A stretch of DNA of 64,000 nt from Myxococcota bacterium (GTDB taxonomy: Bacteria; Myxococcota_A; UBA796; GCA-2862545). The stretch spans positions 5,708-69,707 of the forward strand of contig JAWKRP010000037.1 of the NCBI GenBank assembly GCA_041389565.1, in the 5' to 3' direction. Numbering within the stretch: the first letter of the stretch is position 1; the number at the start of each line of letters is the position of its first letter. The position numbers and the translations under genes were made by a program. The notes beneath the pieces were generated by a model. It was not told where the DNA came from, did not search any database, and saw nothing but the letters and a program-made list of their open reading frames with translations. Below, in pieces: positions 8,001-17,233 of this stretch.

Positions 8001-9142
8001 GCCTGTCCATCGGCATCACGTGCTACCCGACGTTCGGCGGCAGCGGCGTGCTCGCGACCGAGCTCGGCATGCGCCTGGCACACCGCGGCCACCGCGTGCA
8101 CTTCATCTGTACCGACCTTCCCCGCCGCCTCGACCCCGACCTGCCGAACATCGAGTTCCATCGGGTCGAGAGCCGCGACTACCCGGTCTTCCCGCACACG
8201 CCGTACTCGCTGGCGCTGGCGTCGAAGATGGTCGACGTCGCGAACCACGCCGGGCTCGACCTGATCCACGCGCACTACGCGGTGCCGCACGCCACGAGCG
8301 CGTGGATGGCGCGCGAGATCGTGCCTTCGCTCAAGATCGTCACGACCCTGCACGGCACCGACATCACGCTCGTGGGGTCCGACCCGAGCTACCTGCCGAT
8401 CACGCGCCACAGCATGGTGAAGAGCGACGCGCTCACCGCGCCCTCCGCGGCGCTGCGCGACGACACCTACGCGCGGTTCGGGCTCGACCCCGAGCTCACG
8501 CCCATCGAGGTGATCCCGAACTTCATCGACACCGACGAGCACACGCCGCTCGAGGGCTCCGATCGGCCCGCGCTGATGGCCCTGTTCGGGCCCGACCTCG
8601 CGGGGGCGCCCGTCATCGCGCACGTGTCGAACTTCCGTCCCGTGAAGCGGGTCGATCGCGTGATCGAGATCTTCGCGCGCATCGTCGAGACCCGGCCGTG
8701 CGGCCTGTTGCTCGTGGGCGACGGTCCCGAGCGGGCCGCGGCCGAAGCGCGGGTGGCGGAGGCGGGACTGTCGAGCGTGGTGCGGTTCGTGGGCGCGCTG
8801 CGGAACCACCAGGCGCTGCTGCGGGAGTGTGCGGTGTTCCTGCTGCCCTCCGAGACCGAGAGCTTCGGGCTCGCTGCGCTCGAGGCGCTCGCTTGTGGCG
8901 TGCCGGTGGTCGCTTCGGCGGTCGGGGGCCTGCCGGAGGTCGTGCAGGACGGGCTCACGGGCATCCTGTGCGCGCCGGACGACACCTCCGCGATGGCGCG
9001 CGCGACCGCCGCGTTGCTGCACAACCCGGATCGGCGCGGTCGGATGGGTCGCGAGGGCCGGGAGGACGCCATCGCGCGGTTCCGCGTCGATCCGCTGGTC
9101 GACCGGTACGAGGCCGTGTACCGCCGGCTTCTCGACCGGTAG
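7997..9142 (+). CDS. bshA: N-acetyl-alpha-D-glucosaminyl L-malate synthase BshA (GT4 glycosyltransferase)
   Basis: [37 protein letters not shown]... is typical of the BshA N-terminus. C-terminal GT4 motif: [33 protein letters not shown]. Confidence 0.85.
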   Translation: [381 protein letters not shown]

Positions 9143-9179
9143 CGCGGTCGACCCCGTCGCAGACCGATAGGAGTCAGCG

Positions 9180-10112
9180 ATGGCGGACTTCGAGCGGCAG
9201 ACCTTCCAGTTCGAGCACCCCCACCACGTGTGGTGGCGCGAGACCGCCACCGCCCTGCTCTCCCTCGCCGTCGGCGCGCTGTTGGTGCTCCTGGCCCTCG
9301 CCGCCATCCACGGGGAGCACCTCCGGTCCCTGCCGCGACAGCCGCAGCCGCTCGACTGCGCTCACGACCGCGACGAGTGCTTCCGCGAGCTCCCCCGATG
9401 GCTCCAGCGGCTGCCGTCGCGGTCGGTCGTCCAGGCGGAGGCCGGGAACCGGATGCTGGCAGCGGCCATCGAGCTGCACCTCGAGGCCGAGCTCGGGCTG
9501 CCCACCCACAAGAGCCAGCACCAACGGGCGCGTCCGATGAACCGCCAGGCTTGGGACCGTGCCCTCCCGACGTTCGTGCGCGGGAAGTGGTCGCCGGTCG
9601 ACCTGCCCGATGGGGCGTGGGTGGAGCCGCTCCTCGAAGACACCCAGCTCGCCGCGTCCCACGAGGCCGATGCCTACGAGCAGGCCCGGGAGGCGGCGTT
9701 CCAGAAGGCGTTCACCGCGATCGAAGCCGCGCGGAACGTCGAGATCGCGGTCTGGACCCATCGGTCCGAGGATCGGACCCAGGCCCTCGGGCTCCTGGGC
9801 ATCACGGCCCTCGCGGCCCTCGGTCTCGCGCTGGGGGCGCTGCGATGCTGGCAGCGGAGCCAGGAGCTCGCGGCGTTCGAGGTGAGCGTCGACCGGCACA
9901 CCGTGACCGCCCTCGGGCGTCGCATCGCGCTCGGAGAGCTCGATCCGCGCGCCGTGGCGGCCTTCGTTGCAGGGCTCACCGCCGATGGGCACACCTCGAC
10001 GGCGCTCGAGCGCCTGCGGGAGGCGCTGGAGGCCCGCGCGGCCGCGGCGCGATCGGGTCGCGAGCCCACCACGGAGGAGCGCCAGGCCCTGTCCCGCCTC
10101 ACGGAGCGGTGA
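9180..10112 (+). CDS. Hypothetical membrane protein (two predicted TM helices)
   Basis: ATG at 9180 follows taggag. Hydrophobic segments ATALLSLAVGALLVLLALAAI and ALGLLGITALAALGLALGAL. Lies 38 nt after bshA on the same strand. Confidence 0.65.
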   Translation: MADFERQTFQFEHPHHVWWRETATALLSLAVGALLVLLALAAIHGEHLRSLPRQPQPLDCAHDRDECFRELPRWLQRLPSRSVVQAEAGNRMLAAAIELHLEAELGLPTHKSQHQRARPMNRQAWDRALPTFVRGKWSPVDLPDGAWVEPLLEDTQLAASHEADAYEQAREAAFQKAFTAIEAARNVEIAVWTHRSEDRTQALGLLGITALAALGLALGALRCWQRSQELAAFEVSVDRHTVTALGRRIALGELDPRAVAAFVAGLTADGHTSTALERLREALEARAAAARSGREPTTEERQALSRLTER

Positions 10113-10143
10113 TCGTCCACGGGATGCCGGACGCGGGTTGCCA

Positions 10144-10198
10144 ATTCCTGTTGCCGGGAGCCTTCAGCGAGCTGGCTCGCTGACTCCTCCCTGAATTC
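10144..10198. repeat. REP-like hairpin element, copy 3 (intergenic, between 9180..10112 and blaI-like gene)
   Basis: attcctgttgcc + gggagccttcagcgagctggctcgctgactcctccc + tgaattc. It matches copy 1, including flanks (attcctctggcc / tggattc). Followed by ctttgg, so it may act as a terminator hairpin. Confidence 0.85.
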
Positions 10199-10222
10199 TT
10201 TGGCACCTGCTAAAATATTCGC

Positions 10223-10603
10223 ATGACGACCCCCACCCCTCCCCCGCTCTCGCGTCGCGAACGTCAGATCATGGACGTGGTCTACCGGCTGGGCTCCGCG
10301 TCGGTCGCCGAGGTCCGCGAAGGCCTCGACGATCCGCCCAGCTACTCCTCGGTCCGCACCCTCATGGGGCTGCTCGAGGAGAAGGGCCACCTGGTCCACG
10401 AACAGGCAGGCACCCGGTACATCTACCGGCCCACCGTCCCGCCGGAGGTCGCCGGGCGCAGCGCCCTGTCGAACCTCCTGCACACCTTCTTCGGGGGTTC
10501 CGTCGAAGGGATGGTGAGCACCCTGCTCCAGTCCGACGAGGTCGACGCGGCCACCCTCGACCAGCTCGCCACGCTCGTGGACGACGCCCGGAAGTCCGAA
10601 TGA
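10223..10603 (+). CDS. blaI: BlaI/MecI/CopY-family transcriptional repressor
   Basis: LSRRERQIMDVVYRLGSASVAEVREGL....SYSSVRTLMGLLEEKGHLVHEQAGTRYIYRP is the Penicillinase_R winged-helix pattern. The stop overlaps the next start (ATGA). Confidence 0.9.
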   Translation: MTTPTPPPLSRRERQIMDVVYRLGSASVAEVREGLDDPPSYSSVRTLMGLLEEKGHLVHEQAGTRYIYRPTVPPEVAGRSALSNLLHTFFGGSVEGMVSTLLQSDEVDAATLDQLATLVDDARKSE

Positions 10604-12231
10604 CGCCCACCCTCCTGCTCCGCTCCTCCCTCGTGCTCGCCACCGCTCTCGGCCTCTCGGCCGCTCCGCTCCCCGCAGCCACCCGCCGCGACCTGCTCAC
10701 CCTCGGCGCCCTGTCCACCCTCGCGCTCCCGGCGCTCCAGCGCCTGCCGTCTTTCCCCGTGCCCGCGCCCGCGATGTCCGCGGGCCCCTCGTCTCCCGTC
10801 GCTGCGGTGACCGGCGCGTGGGCCACCCTGCAGGAGCCCGCCACGACGATGGCGGCATCCTGGCCCGTGCTGGAGGCCCTGACCGCCGTCTGGGCGCTGG
10901 GCGTGCTCGTGTGCGCCGTGCGGGTGGCGGTCGGCGTGTGGGCCGTCCACCGTCTCGGGCGGGGCCTCCTTCCGATCGACCGCGAGTGGGCGGAGTCCGT
11001 GGACCGGGTGTCCGCGGGCGTCCCGGTTCGCCTGCACCCTGGCGTGGCCAGCCCGATGGTGGTGGGCTGGCTCCGGCCGAGCGTGCTGGTGCCCGCTGCG
11101 GACTGGTCGGCCGACCGGCGGGACCGCGCCCTGCGCCACGAGCTCGCCCACGTCGCGAGCCGCGACACGCTGCGGCTGGCGCTCGGGCACGTGCTCACCG
11201 CGGTCCTGTGGTTCCATCCGCTCGCCTGGGCCCTGTCCGCACGGCTCCGCCACACCGTCGAGCACGCCGCGGATGCCGTCGTGCTGGCCTCGGGCGTGTC
11301 CCGCACCGCCTACGCCACCGACCTGATCGAGCTCGCCCGGCACGTGCACGCGCGGCCCCTCGTCGCCGCGCTCGGCGGGAGCCCGCTGGAGCAGCGCATC
11401 CGAGCGCTCGTGGGTCCGGAGAGGCCCGTGCTGCCGGGCTGGATGCGCGGCGGGGTCGTGGCGGGGCTGCTGGGCACCACCGCGGTGGTCGGACTGGCCG
11501 GATCCCCCGCGGTGGCGGGGTCGATCGCCGCATCGCCCACGGATGTGCAGGCCCTGGTGGATGCCGAGGTGGCGCGGCTCGTGGCGGAGTGGCATCCGGA
11601 CGGCGTCTCCGTGGTGGTGCTCGAGACGCGATCCGACCGTGTGGCCGCGACCGGCACGCACGGCGTGGTGCAGCCCTGGGCCCCGGGGAGCGTGGTGAAG
11701 CCGTTCGTGGCGGTGGCCGCGCTCGAGAACGGCGCCGACCCCGACGCCCTGCGGCACCTGCTCGAGGTGTCCGACAACGCGGGCTTCGTGGCGCTCGCGG
11801 AGCAGCTCGGCTCCGGCGTGGTGTCCGAGCGGTTCGCCCAGCACGGTGTGCACGGGTCTGCGGCCCTCGCCCCGGCCGACCTCGCGCTCGGCCAGTTCCC
11901 GATGTCCACCGAAGCCCTGGCCCACGCGTATGCCCGGCTCGACGCGTCGGTCGCCGGACGCCAGGTGCGCGAGCTCCTCGTGTCGGTGGTCGAGGGTCCC
12001 GAGGGCACGGGGCGCCGGGCCGCGGTCGCAGGCCGGGAAGTGGCCGGCAAGACGGGTACGTCGCGCCTCGAGGGTCCCGGAGACCGCACGGTGGCGAGCT
12101 TCGTGGGGGTCGTCCCCGCCGGAGCGCCGCGCTGGGTGGTCGCCGTGCAGGTCGCGGGTCCGGAGCCCCAGGGCTGGGGCGGTGCGGTCGCAGCACCGGC
12201 GTTCGCCCGGATCGCCGCCGGGCTCCCGTAG
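10600..12231 (+). CDS. blaR1: BlaR1-like sensor-transducer: M56 zinc peptidase domain + penicillin-binding (transpeptidase-fold) sensor domain
   Basis: HExxH (RHELAHVASRD) lies in a multi-TM N-terminal half. The C-terminal half has SxxK (SVVKP), SxN (SDN) and KTG (GKTGTS). Confidence 0.9.
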   Translation: MTPTLLLRSSLVLATALGLSAAPLPAATRRDLLTLGALSTLALPALQRLPSFPVPAPAMSAGPSSPVAAVTGAWATLQEPATTMAASWPVLEALTAVWALGVLVCAVRVAVGVWAVHRLGRGLLPIDREWAESVDRVSAGVPVRLHPGVASPMVVGWLRPSVLVPAADWSADRRDRALRHELAHVASRDTLRLALGHVLTAVLWFHPLAWALSARLRHTVEHAADAVVLASGVSRTAYATDLIELARHVHARPLVAALGGSPLEQRIRALVGPERPVLPGWMRGGVVAGLLGTTAVVGLAGSPAVAGSIAASPTDVQALVDAEVARLVAEWHPDGVSVVVLETRSDRVAATGTHGVVQPWAPGSVVKPFVAVAALENGADPDALRHLLEVSDNAGFVALAEQLGSGVVSERFAQHGVHGSAALAPADLALGQFPMSTEALAHAYARLDASVAGRQVRELLVSVVEGPEGTGRRAAVAGREVAGKTGTSRLEGPGDRTVASFVGVVPAGAPRWVVAVQVAGPEPQGWGGAVAAPAFARIAAGLP

Positions 12232-12762
12232 CTACGGCGCCGTGCTCGGGTTCGTGGTGGTCGGCGTCGACGGCGCCTGCTGCGCGGGATGGAAGGCGAT
12301 CTCGCCCCTCACCATGAGCTCGGGCTCGACCGTGGTGAGCGACACCGCGTTGGGGTCTTCGATCGGCACCTGGACCTCGACGATCTCGGTGCCGGTGTCG
12401 GGCTTGCGCCCCGCGAACCACTCCAGCACGCGGTCGAGCAGGGACGCGTCGGCGACCGGCGCAGCGCTCGCGACCTCCGGGATGGGCTCGTCCGCGAACG
12501 CGGCTCCGCCGATCAGGGTGGTGGCGAGCGCGACCATCCGAGCCCGCCGGGATGGACGGAACACGACGTTCCCCCGCGCGTCGCGGCGGTACTGCACGCA
12601 CACCCCGGGACGCGCGATGCGGCGGGCCTCCCGCTCGGTGAGCGCGGAGAGGTCGTGCACGTCCTTGCTGCACTGCGCGCAATGACGGCGGCAGTCCGAG
12701 CCGGTCATGCTCTCCCAGGGAACGTCGCAGGGCTTCGGGATGGGGAGCTCGTCGGCACGCAT
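12232..12762 (-). CDS. Hypothetical protein with N-terminal Cys-cluster (zinc-finger-like) and one TM segment
   Basis: ATG at 12762 preceded by aggaga. PKPCDVPWESMTGSDCRRHCAQCSKDVHDLS carries four Cys. Hydrophobic MVALATTLIGGAAF. Its stop directly abuts the blaR1 stop. Confidence 0.65.
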   Translation of the reverse strand: MRADELPIPKPCDVPWESMTGSDCRRHCAQCSKDVHDLSALTEREARRIARPGVCVQYRRDARGNVVFRPSRRARMVALATTLIGGAAFADEPIPEVASAAPVADASLLDRVLEWFAGRKPDTGTEIVEVQVPIEDPNAVSLTTVEPELMVRGEIAFHPAQQAPSTPTTTNPSTAP

Positions 12763-13067
12763 GGGGTTCTCCTGTCCAGTACGACCTCCGAACGAAGGAA
12801 GGGTTCTGACACTTTCACCCCGCCGCGAAGATCTCCCGAGAGCCCCGCCCGTACGGGCCCGAAGCCCGATCACTGCCGAACACGCCCACGAGACCGGGCT
12901 CCACGGGTGCGCGCCCTGCTCTCGGCCCGTCCGGCCCTCCCCGAAAGCCACCCAGATCCGCGGCAGAACGGCCCATATTCGGCGATCCGGGTCATAAATC
13001 GGAAGCGCAACCCCTGGACCCATGCCGTGCCGTGCCCAGGTTCGTGACATTCGATGACGGAGCGTGG

Positions 13068-13778
13068 ATGACCTGTCCGAAGTGCGGCGCAGCCCTGAAT
13101 CCGAACCTCGTGACCTCGGGCCTGGGAAGGTGCCAGTGGTGCGACCACATCTGGGAGGTCGGCGGCGACGCGGCGATTCCCGAGTCGCAGCGGCCCTCCG
13201 TCCCGACCGCGACCCTCGATCCGCCGCGAGGGGCCTCACCCGAGGTCGCGGCCCCCGTGGGACGCGTCCGCTACAGGCCCGTGCTGCCCGACGGCATGCA
13301 CCTCGACGAGACCGTCGACGGCGTCGTGGTGCGCATCCCCTGGCGCATGCAGGCGGGTGTGGTCGTGCACCTGTTCTTCTGGGCGGTCGGCGCCTGCTTC
13401 TTCGCGCCGCTGTTCGGGTTCTACACGATGCGCGGGTACGAGGTCTTCTTCGCGGCGGCGTTCCTCGTCGTCTACGCGTACCTGCTCGTGAACACCACCG
13501 AGGTGCGCATCCGACCCGACGGCATCCAGGTGCGGCACGGGCCGCTCCCCTCGCTCCAGGACAAGAGCGTCGACCTCGCGGCGAGCCGACTGGCCCTCCT
13601 CGACGTCCGGGCCGAGGCCATGTACCACCGCGGCCAGAAGACCACGCACTACTCGCTGTGGGCCGGCCAGACGCTGGTGCTCCGCAAGTTCGCGGAGGAG
13701 TCGACCGTCGACTACGTCGCGCACGTCATCGCCGACGTGGTGCGCACGCCGGTCGAGATCCGCTACCAGGACCACTGA
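13068..13778 (+). CDS. Hypothetical membrane protein with N-terminal zinc-ribbon (CxxC...CxxC)
   Basis: ATG at 13068 follows ggag. MTCPKCGAAL...GRCQWCDHIW. Two hydrophobic helices (VVVHLFFWAVGACFFAPLFGF, VFFAAAFLVVYAYLLV). A GTG at 13032 is an alternative start. Confidence 0.65.
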   Translation: MTCPKCGAALNPNLVTSGLGRCQWCDHIWEVGGDAAIPESQRPSVPTATLDPPRGASPEVAAPVGRVRYRPVLPDGMHLDETVDGVVVRIPWRMQAGVVVHLFFWAVGACFFAPLFGFYTMRGYEVFFAAAFLVVYAYLLVNTTEVRIRPDGIQVRHGPLPSLQDKSVDLAASRLALLDVRAEAMYHRGQKTTHYSLWAGQTLVLRKFAEESTVDYVAHVIADVVRTPVEIRYQDH

Positions 13779-13812
13779 CGTCGCGGGCTCCCGCGGTGAT
13801 ACATCCCGCCCC

Positions 13813-16026
13813 ATGCCCGATCCAGTCCAGACCCATCACACCTTCTGCCGTATCTGCGAGAGCCTGTGCGGGCTCGAGGTCGACGTGCGCGACGGCGAGG
13901 TGGTCGAGGTGCGCCCCGACCGCCAGCACGTCGCCACGCGCGGGTTCGCGTGCGTGAAGGGCGTGCGCCAGCAGCAGATGTACACGTCGCCCGACCGCCT
14001 CACGCAGCCCATGAAGCGCGTGGGCGACCGGTTCGAGCCCGCCACGTGGGACGAAGCCCTGGCCGACATCGGGGCCCGCGTGCAGGCCCTGCGGCGCGAG
14101 CGCGGGCCGAACAGCATCGGCATGTACGTCGGCACGGCCGCGGGGTTCTCGATCCTGCACCCGATCTTCGCGAAGGGCTTCATGGACGGCCTCGGCAGCA
14201 AGTCGCTGTTCGCGTCCAGCACCCAGGACTGCGCGAACAAGTTCGCCGTCGCCACCGAGGTGTACGGGTTCCCGTTCACCCAGCCCTTCCCCGACCTCGA
14301 GCACACCGAGCTCCTGATCGTGGTCGGAGCGAACCCGGTGGTCAGCAAGTGGAGCTTCCTCCAGGTGCCGAACCCCATCGAGCACCTGAAGGCGATCCAG
14401 AAGCGCGGCGGGCGCGTGGTGGTCGTGGACCCCAGGCGCACCGAGACCGCGCACGTCACGGGCGAGCACGTGTTCATCCGGCCCGGCACGGACGTGTTCT
14501 TCTACGCGGCGTTCCTCCGCGAGGTGCTCCAGTCCGGGCGGATCGACCGGGAGCGCTGCGAGGCGCACACCACCGGGCTCGACGAGCTCGGCCCGCTCGT
14601 CGAGCCGTGGACGCCCGAGCGCCAGGCGGAGGTCACCGGGATCCCCGCGGAGACGCTCGGCCAGCTCGTGCACGACTTCCTGTCCGCCGACGGCGCGTCC
14701 CTGTACTCGTCGACCGGCGTGAACATGGGCGGGAACGGCGCGCTGGCGTTCTGGCTGCAGGAGGTCATCCACGCGGTGTCGGGCAACCTCGACAAGCGCG
14801 GGGGCACGCTCGTCGGGAAGGGCCCGGTCGACTTCCCGCGGGTGGCCGTGAAGTACGGGCTGCTCGACAGCTCGGGCACGTCGCGGATCAGCGGGCACCA
14901 GGCCGTGAACGACGCGCTGCCGGGCGGCGTGCTGGCCGACGAGATCCTGACGCCCGGTGACGGGCAGGTGCGCGCGATGTTCGTCACGGGCGGCAACCCG
15001 CTGCTCACGATGGCGAACGGAGACCGCCTGCGCGAAGCGTTCGAGGATCTCGAGCTGCTCGTGTGCGTCGACCTGTTCCTGAACGAGACCGCGTCGCTCG
15101 CCCACTGGGTGCTGCCGGCGGTCTCCCCGCTCCAGCGGCCCGACCTTCCGTTCGTGTTCCCGCTGTTCTTCGGGCTCCAGGCGCGCCCGTACCTCCAGGC
15201 GACCGACGCCGTGCTCCCGCCCGACGGCGAGCAGCGCGACGAAGCGACGATGTACCACGACCTCGCGCGGGCCTGCGGCGTCGGCATGTTCGGCAGCCGA
15301 ACCGTCTCGTGGGCCCTCGAGGCGCTGCGCTGGTGGACCGGATCGGAGGGCCTGCCGAACCGCGCGCTCCTGCAGGGCCTCCTGTGGGCCGGCGGGCAGG
15401 GCCGCCTCGACGCACTGCTCGCGGAGCCCCACGGGCGTGCGCTCCCCGACCATGCACCCGGGTCCTACCTCGGCCAGCGCGTGCTCACCGGAGACGGGCG
15501 CGTGCAGCTCGCGCCTCCGAAGCTCGTCGCGCTGATGGGCGGGCTCGCGGCGGCGTTCGAGCAGGAGCGGTCGGCCACGGGGCTCCGCCTGATCACGCGC
15601 CGCCACCTCACCACGCACAACTCGTGGACGCACAACCTCGACGCCTTCCTCAAGCCCCACCGCGAGCAGACCAACCGGCTGTACATCCATCCCGACGACG
15701 CCGCGGCTCGCGGGCTGTCCGAAGACGACCTCGTGGACGTCACGAGCGCGACGGGGGCAGTCCGTCTGCCCATCGCGCTCCTCGACGACCTCATGCCCGG
15801 TGTGGTCGCGCTCCCCCATGGGTGGGGGCACCAGGCGGCCAAGGGCCTCAGCATCGCGTCCCGCACGCGCGGCGTGAACGTGAACCTGCTGGCCGCGTCC
15901 GGTCCCGCGGCCATCGAGCCGGTGTCCGGGATGAGCCGGCTCACCGGCATCCCCGTGGAGGTCACCCGCGCAGCGGGCCCCGTCGCACCGACGTGGTCGG
16001 GCATCGAAGCCGCGCAAGCCCCGTAG
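13813..16026 (+). CDS. Molybdopterin (MopB superfamily) oxidoreductase catalytic subunit
   Basis: N-terminal Fe-S cluster motif CRICESLCG...C. Typical molybdopterin oxidoreductase blocks (LIVVGANPVVS, GGRVVVVDPRRTETA, FVTGGNPL) and a C-terminal molydop_binding-like segment (IHPDDAAARGL..DLV). Confidence 0.9.
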   Translation: MPDPVQTHHTFCRICESLCGLEVDVRDGEVVEVRPDRQHVATRGFACVKGVRQQQMYTSPDRLTQPMKRVGDRFEPATWDEALADIGARVQALRRERGPNSIGMYVGTAAGFSILHPIFAKGFMDGLGSKSLFASSTQDCANKFAVATEVYGFPFTQPFPDLEHTELLIVVGANPVVSKWSFLQVPNPIEHLKAIQKRGGRVVVVDPRRTETAHVTGEHVFIRPGTDVFFYAAFLREVLQSGRIDRERCEAHTTGLDELGPLVEPWTPERQAEVTGIPAETLGQLVHDFLSADGASLYSSTGVNMGGNGALAFWLQEVIHAVSGNLDKRGGTLVGKGPVDFPRVAVKYGLLDSSGTSRISGHQAVNDALPGGVLADEILTPGDGQVRAMFVTGGNPLLTMANGDRLREAFEDLELLVCVDLFLNETASLAHWVLPAVSPLQRPDLPFVFPLFFGLQARPYLQATDAVLPPDGEQRDEATMYHDLARACGVGMFGSRTVSWALEALRWWTGSEGLPNRALLQGLLWAGGQGRLDALLAEPHGRALPDHAPGSYLGQRVLTGDGRVQLAPPKLVALMGGLAAAFEQERSATGLRLITRRHLTTHNSWTHNLDAFLKPHREQTNRLYIHPDDAAARGLSEDDLVDVTSATGAVRLPIALLDDLMPGVVALPHGWGHQAAKGLSIASRTRGVNVNLLAASGPAAIEPVSGMSRLTGIPVEVTRAAGPVAPTWSGIEAAQAP

Positions 16027-16033
16027 GCGCGGG

Positions 16034-17233
16034 TCACTTCACGAGGGTGGTCTCGAACTCCACGTTGCCCGCGCTGTCGTAGAAGGTGCCGGTCAGCGTG
16101 TTCCCGTCGATCTCGACCCACAGGAAGCCCTCGATCGCGTCGGACTCGAACAGCGGCGTGTTCCCGCGCCCCACGAGGTCGGTGGTCTTGGCGCCTGCGC
16201 CGCTCACGATGAACTCGGTGCCGCAGTGCGAGCCGAGCCACTGGCGGTTGTGGTCGTGCCCCGAGATGTACACGTCGGCCACGCCACACACGGCGTTGTC
16301 CATGAACTCCTGCACGTACTCGCCGCGGGGGATCTCCGTGAGCGGCACCCAGTCGAAGATCCCTTCGTACTCGCCGGCGTTCCCGTGCTGCCCGTTGCTC
16401 ACGTACGGGTGGTGGCCGAACGCGATGCGCCAGGTGGCGGTGGATGCGGCCAGCTCGCCCTGCAGCCAGGTCTCCTGCGACCCGCCGAAGCCCCAGAACA
16501 CCTCGGTGGTGTCGAGCGCGAAGATCTCGAGGTCGGGACCGTACGGCACGGTGTACTGGGTCGCGGGCATGGTCCAGATCGTCGACATGGACGTGTAGTC
16601 GACCTGGTACGCCGCCTTCCAGAACTCGATGCCGGCACCCTCGCCGCCGTAGTCGTGGTTCCCCATCACCGGGTAGAACGGGAAGTCGAGGTTCGCGTAC
16701 GGGAGCTCGAACGCGTCCTGCCACAGCGGGTCGTTCACGCCGCTCACACCGGTGTTGTAGAAGTTGTCGCCGAGGTACAGCGCGAAGTCGCAGCCGCGCG
16801 CGGCGCACACCGTCTCGATGGCATCGGCCACGGCGTACTGCGCGGCGTTGCCTTCGCCCGCATCCCCGAGCGCGACGAACCGGGTGGGCGTGACGACGGG
16901 GTCGGTGTCGGTGTCGGTGTCCGCGTCGGTGTCCGAGTCCGCGTCCGTGTCGGCGTCAGCGTCGGCGTCGGCGTCGGCGTCTGCATCCGCGTCGGCGTCG
17001 GTATCCGCGTCGGCGTCGGCATCCGCGTCGGCGTCCGCATCCGCGTCGGCGTCCGTATCCGCGTCGGCATCCGCATCCGCGTCGGCGTCCGAATCGGCGT
17101 CCGTGTCCGAATCGGCGTCCGTGTCCGCATCGGTGTCGGTGTCGGTGTCGGTGTCCGTGTCGAGGTCGACGGGAACGGGGTCGGTCGTGCCGACCGTAGA
17201 GCAGGCCGCCAGCAGGAGGGTGAGCACGGACAT
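16034..17233 (-). CDS. Lipoprotein metallophosphoesterase (calcineurin-like/purple-acid-phosphatase-like) with long Asp-Thr/Ala/Ser linker
   Basis: Lipobox [11 protein letters not shown]. About 90 aa of DTDADSD repeats. MPE motifs GDAGEG, GDNFY, GNHDY, GHHP, GHDH. Confidence 0.9.
   Translation of the reverse strand: MSVLTLLLAACSTVGTTDPVPVDLDTDTDTDTDTDADTDADSDTDADSDADADADADADTDADADADADADADADADTDADADADADADADADADTDADSDTDADTDTDTDPVVTPTRFVALGDAGEGNAAQYAVADAIETVCAARGCDFALYLGDNFYNTGVSGVNDPLWQDAFELPYANLDFPFYPVMGNHDYGGEGAGIEFWKAAYQVDYTSMSTIWTMPATQYTVPYGPDLEIFALDTTEVFWGFGGSQETWLQGELAASTATWRIAFGHHPYVSNGQHGNAGEYEGIFDWVPLTEIPRGEYVQEFMDNAVCGVADVYISGHDHNRQWLGSHCGTEFIVSGAGAKTTDLVGRGNTPLFESDAIEGFLWVEIDGNTLTGTFYDSAGNVEFETTLVK
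16899..17170. repeat. Asp-(Thr/Ala/Ser) coding microsatellite-like tract (GAC-RCC/GCC/TCC)n
   Basis: The + strand reads gtcggtgtcggtgtccgcgtcggtgtccgagtcc... Encodes the D[TAS]D linker of gene 16034..17233. Confidence 0.9.

Noticed and set aside
9230-10483. ORFs 9230..10183 (+) and 9674..10483 (-), which contain the peptide forms of the REP element (LLPGAFSELAR / EESASQLAEGS).
   Set aside because: Both are off-frame or antisense to well-supported genes (9180..10112 and the blaI-like gene). The shared peptide is just the repeat read in two orientations.
13813-16026. Checked the molybdopterin oxidoreductase for an in-frame TGA (selenocysteine), as in formate dehydrogenases.
   Set aside because: The ORF is uninterrupted from start to stop. 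The N-terminal cluster uses Cys, and no SECIS-like context needs to be invoked.
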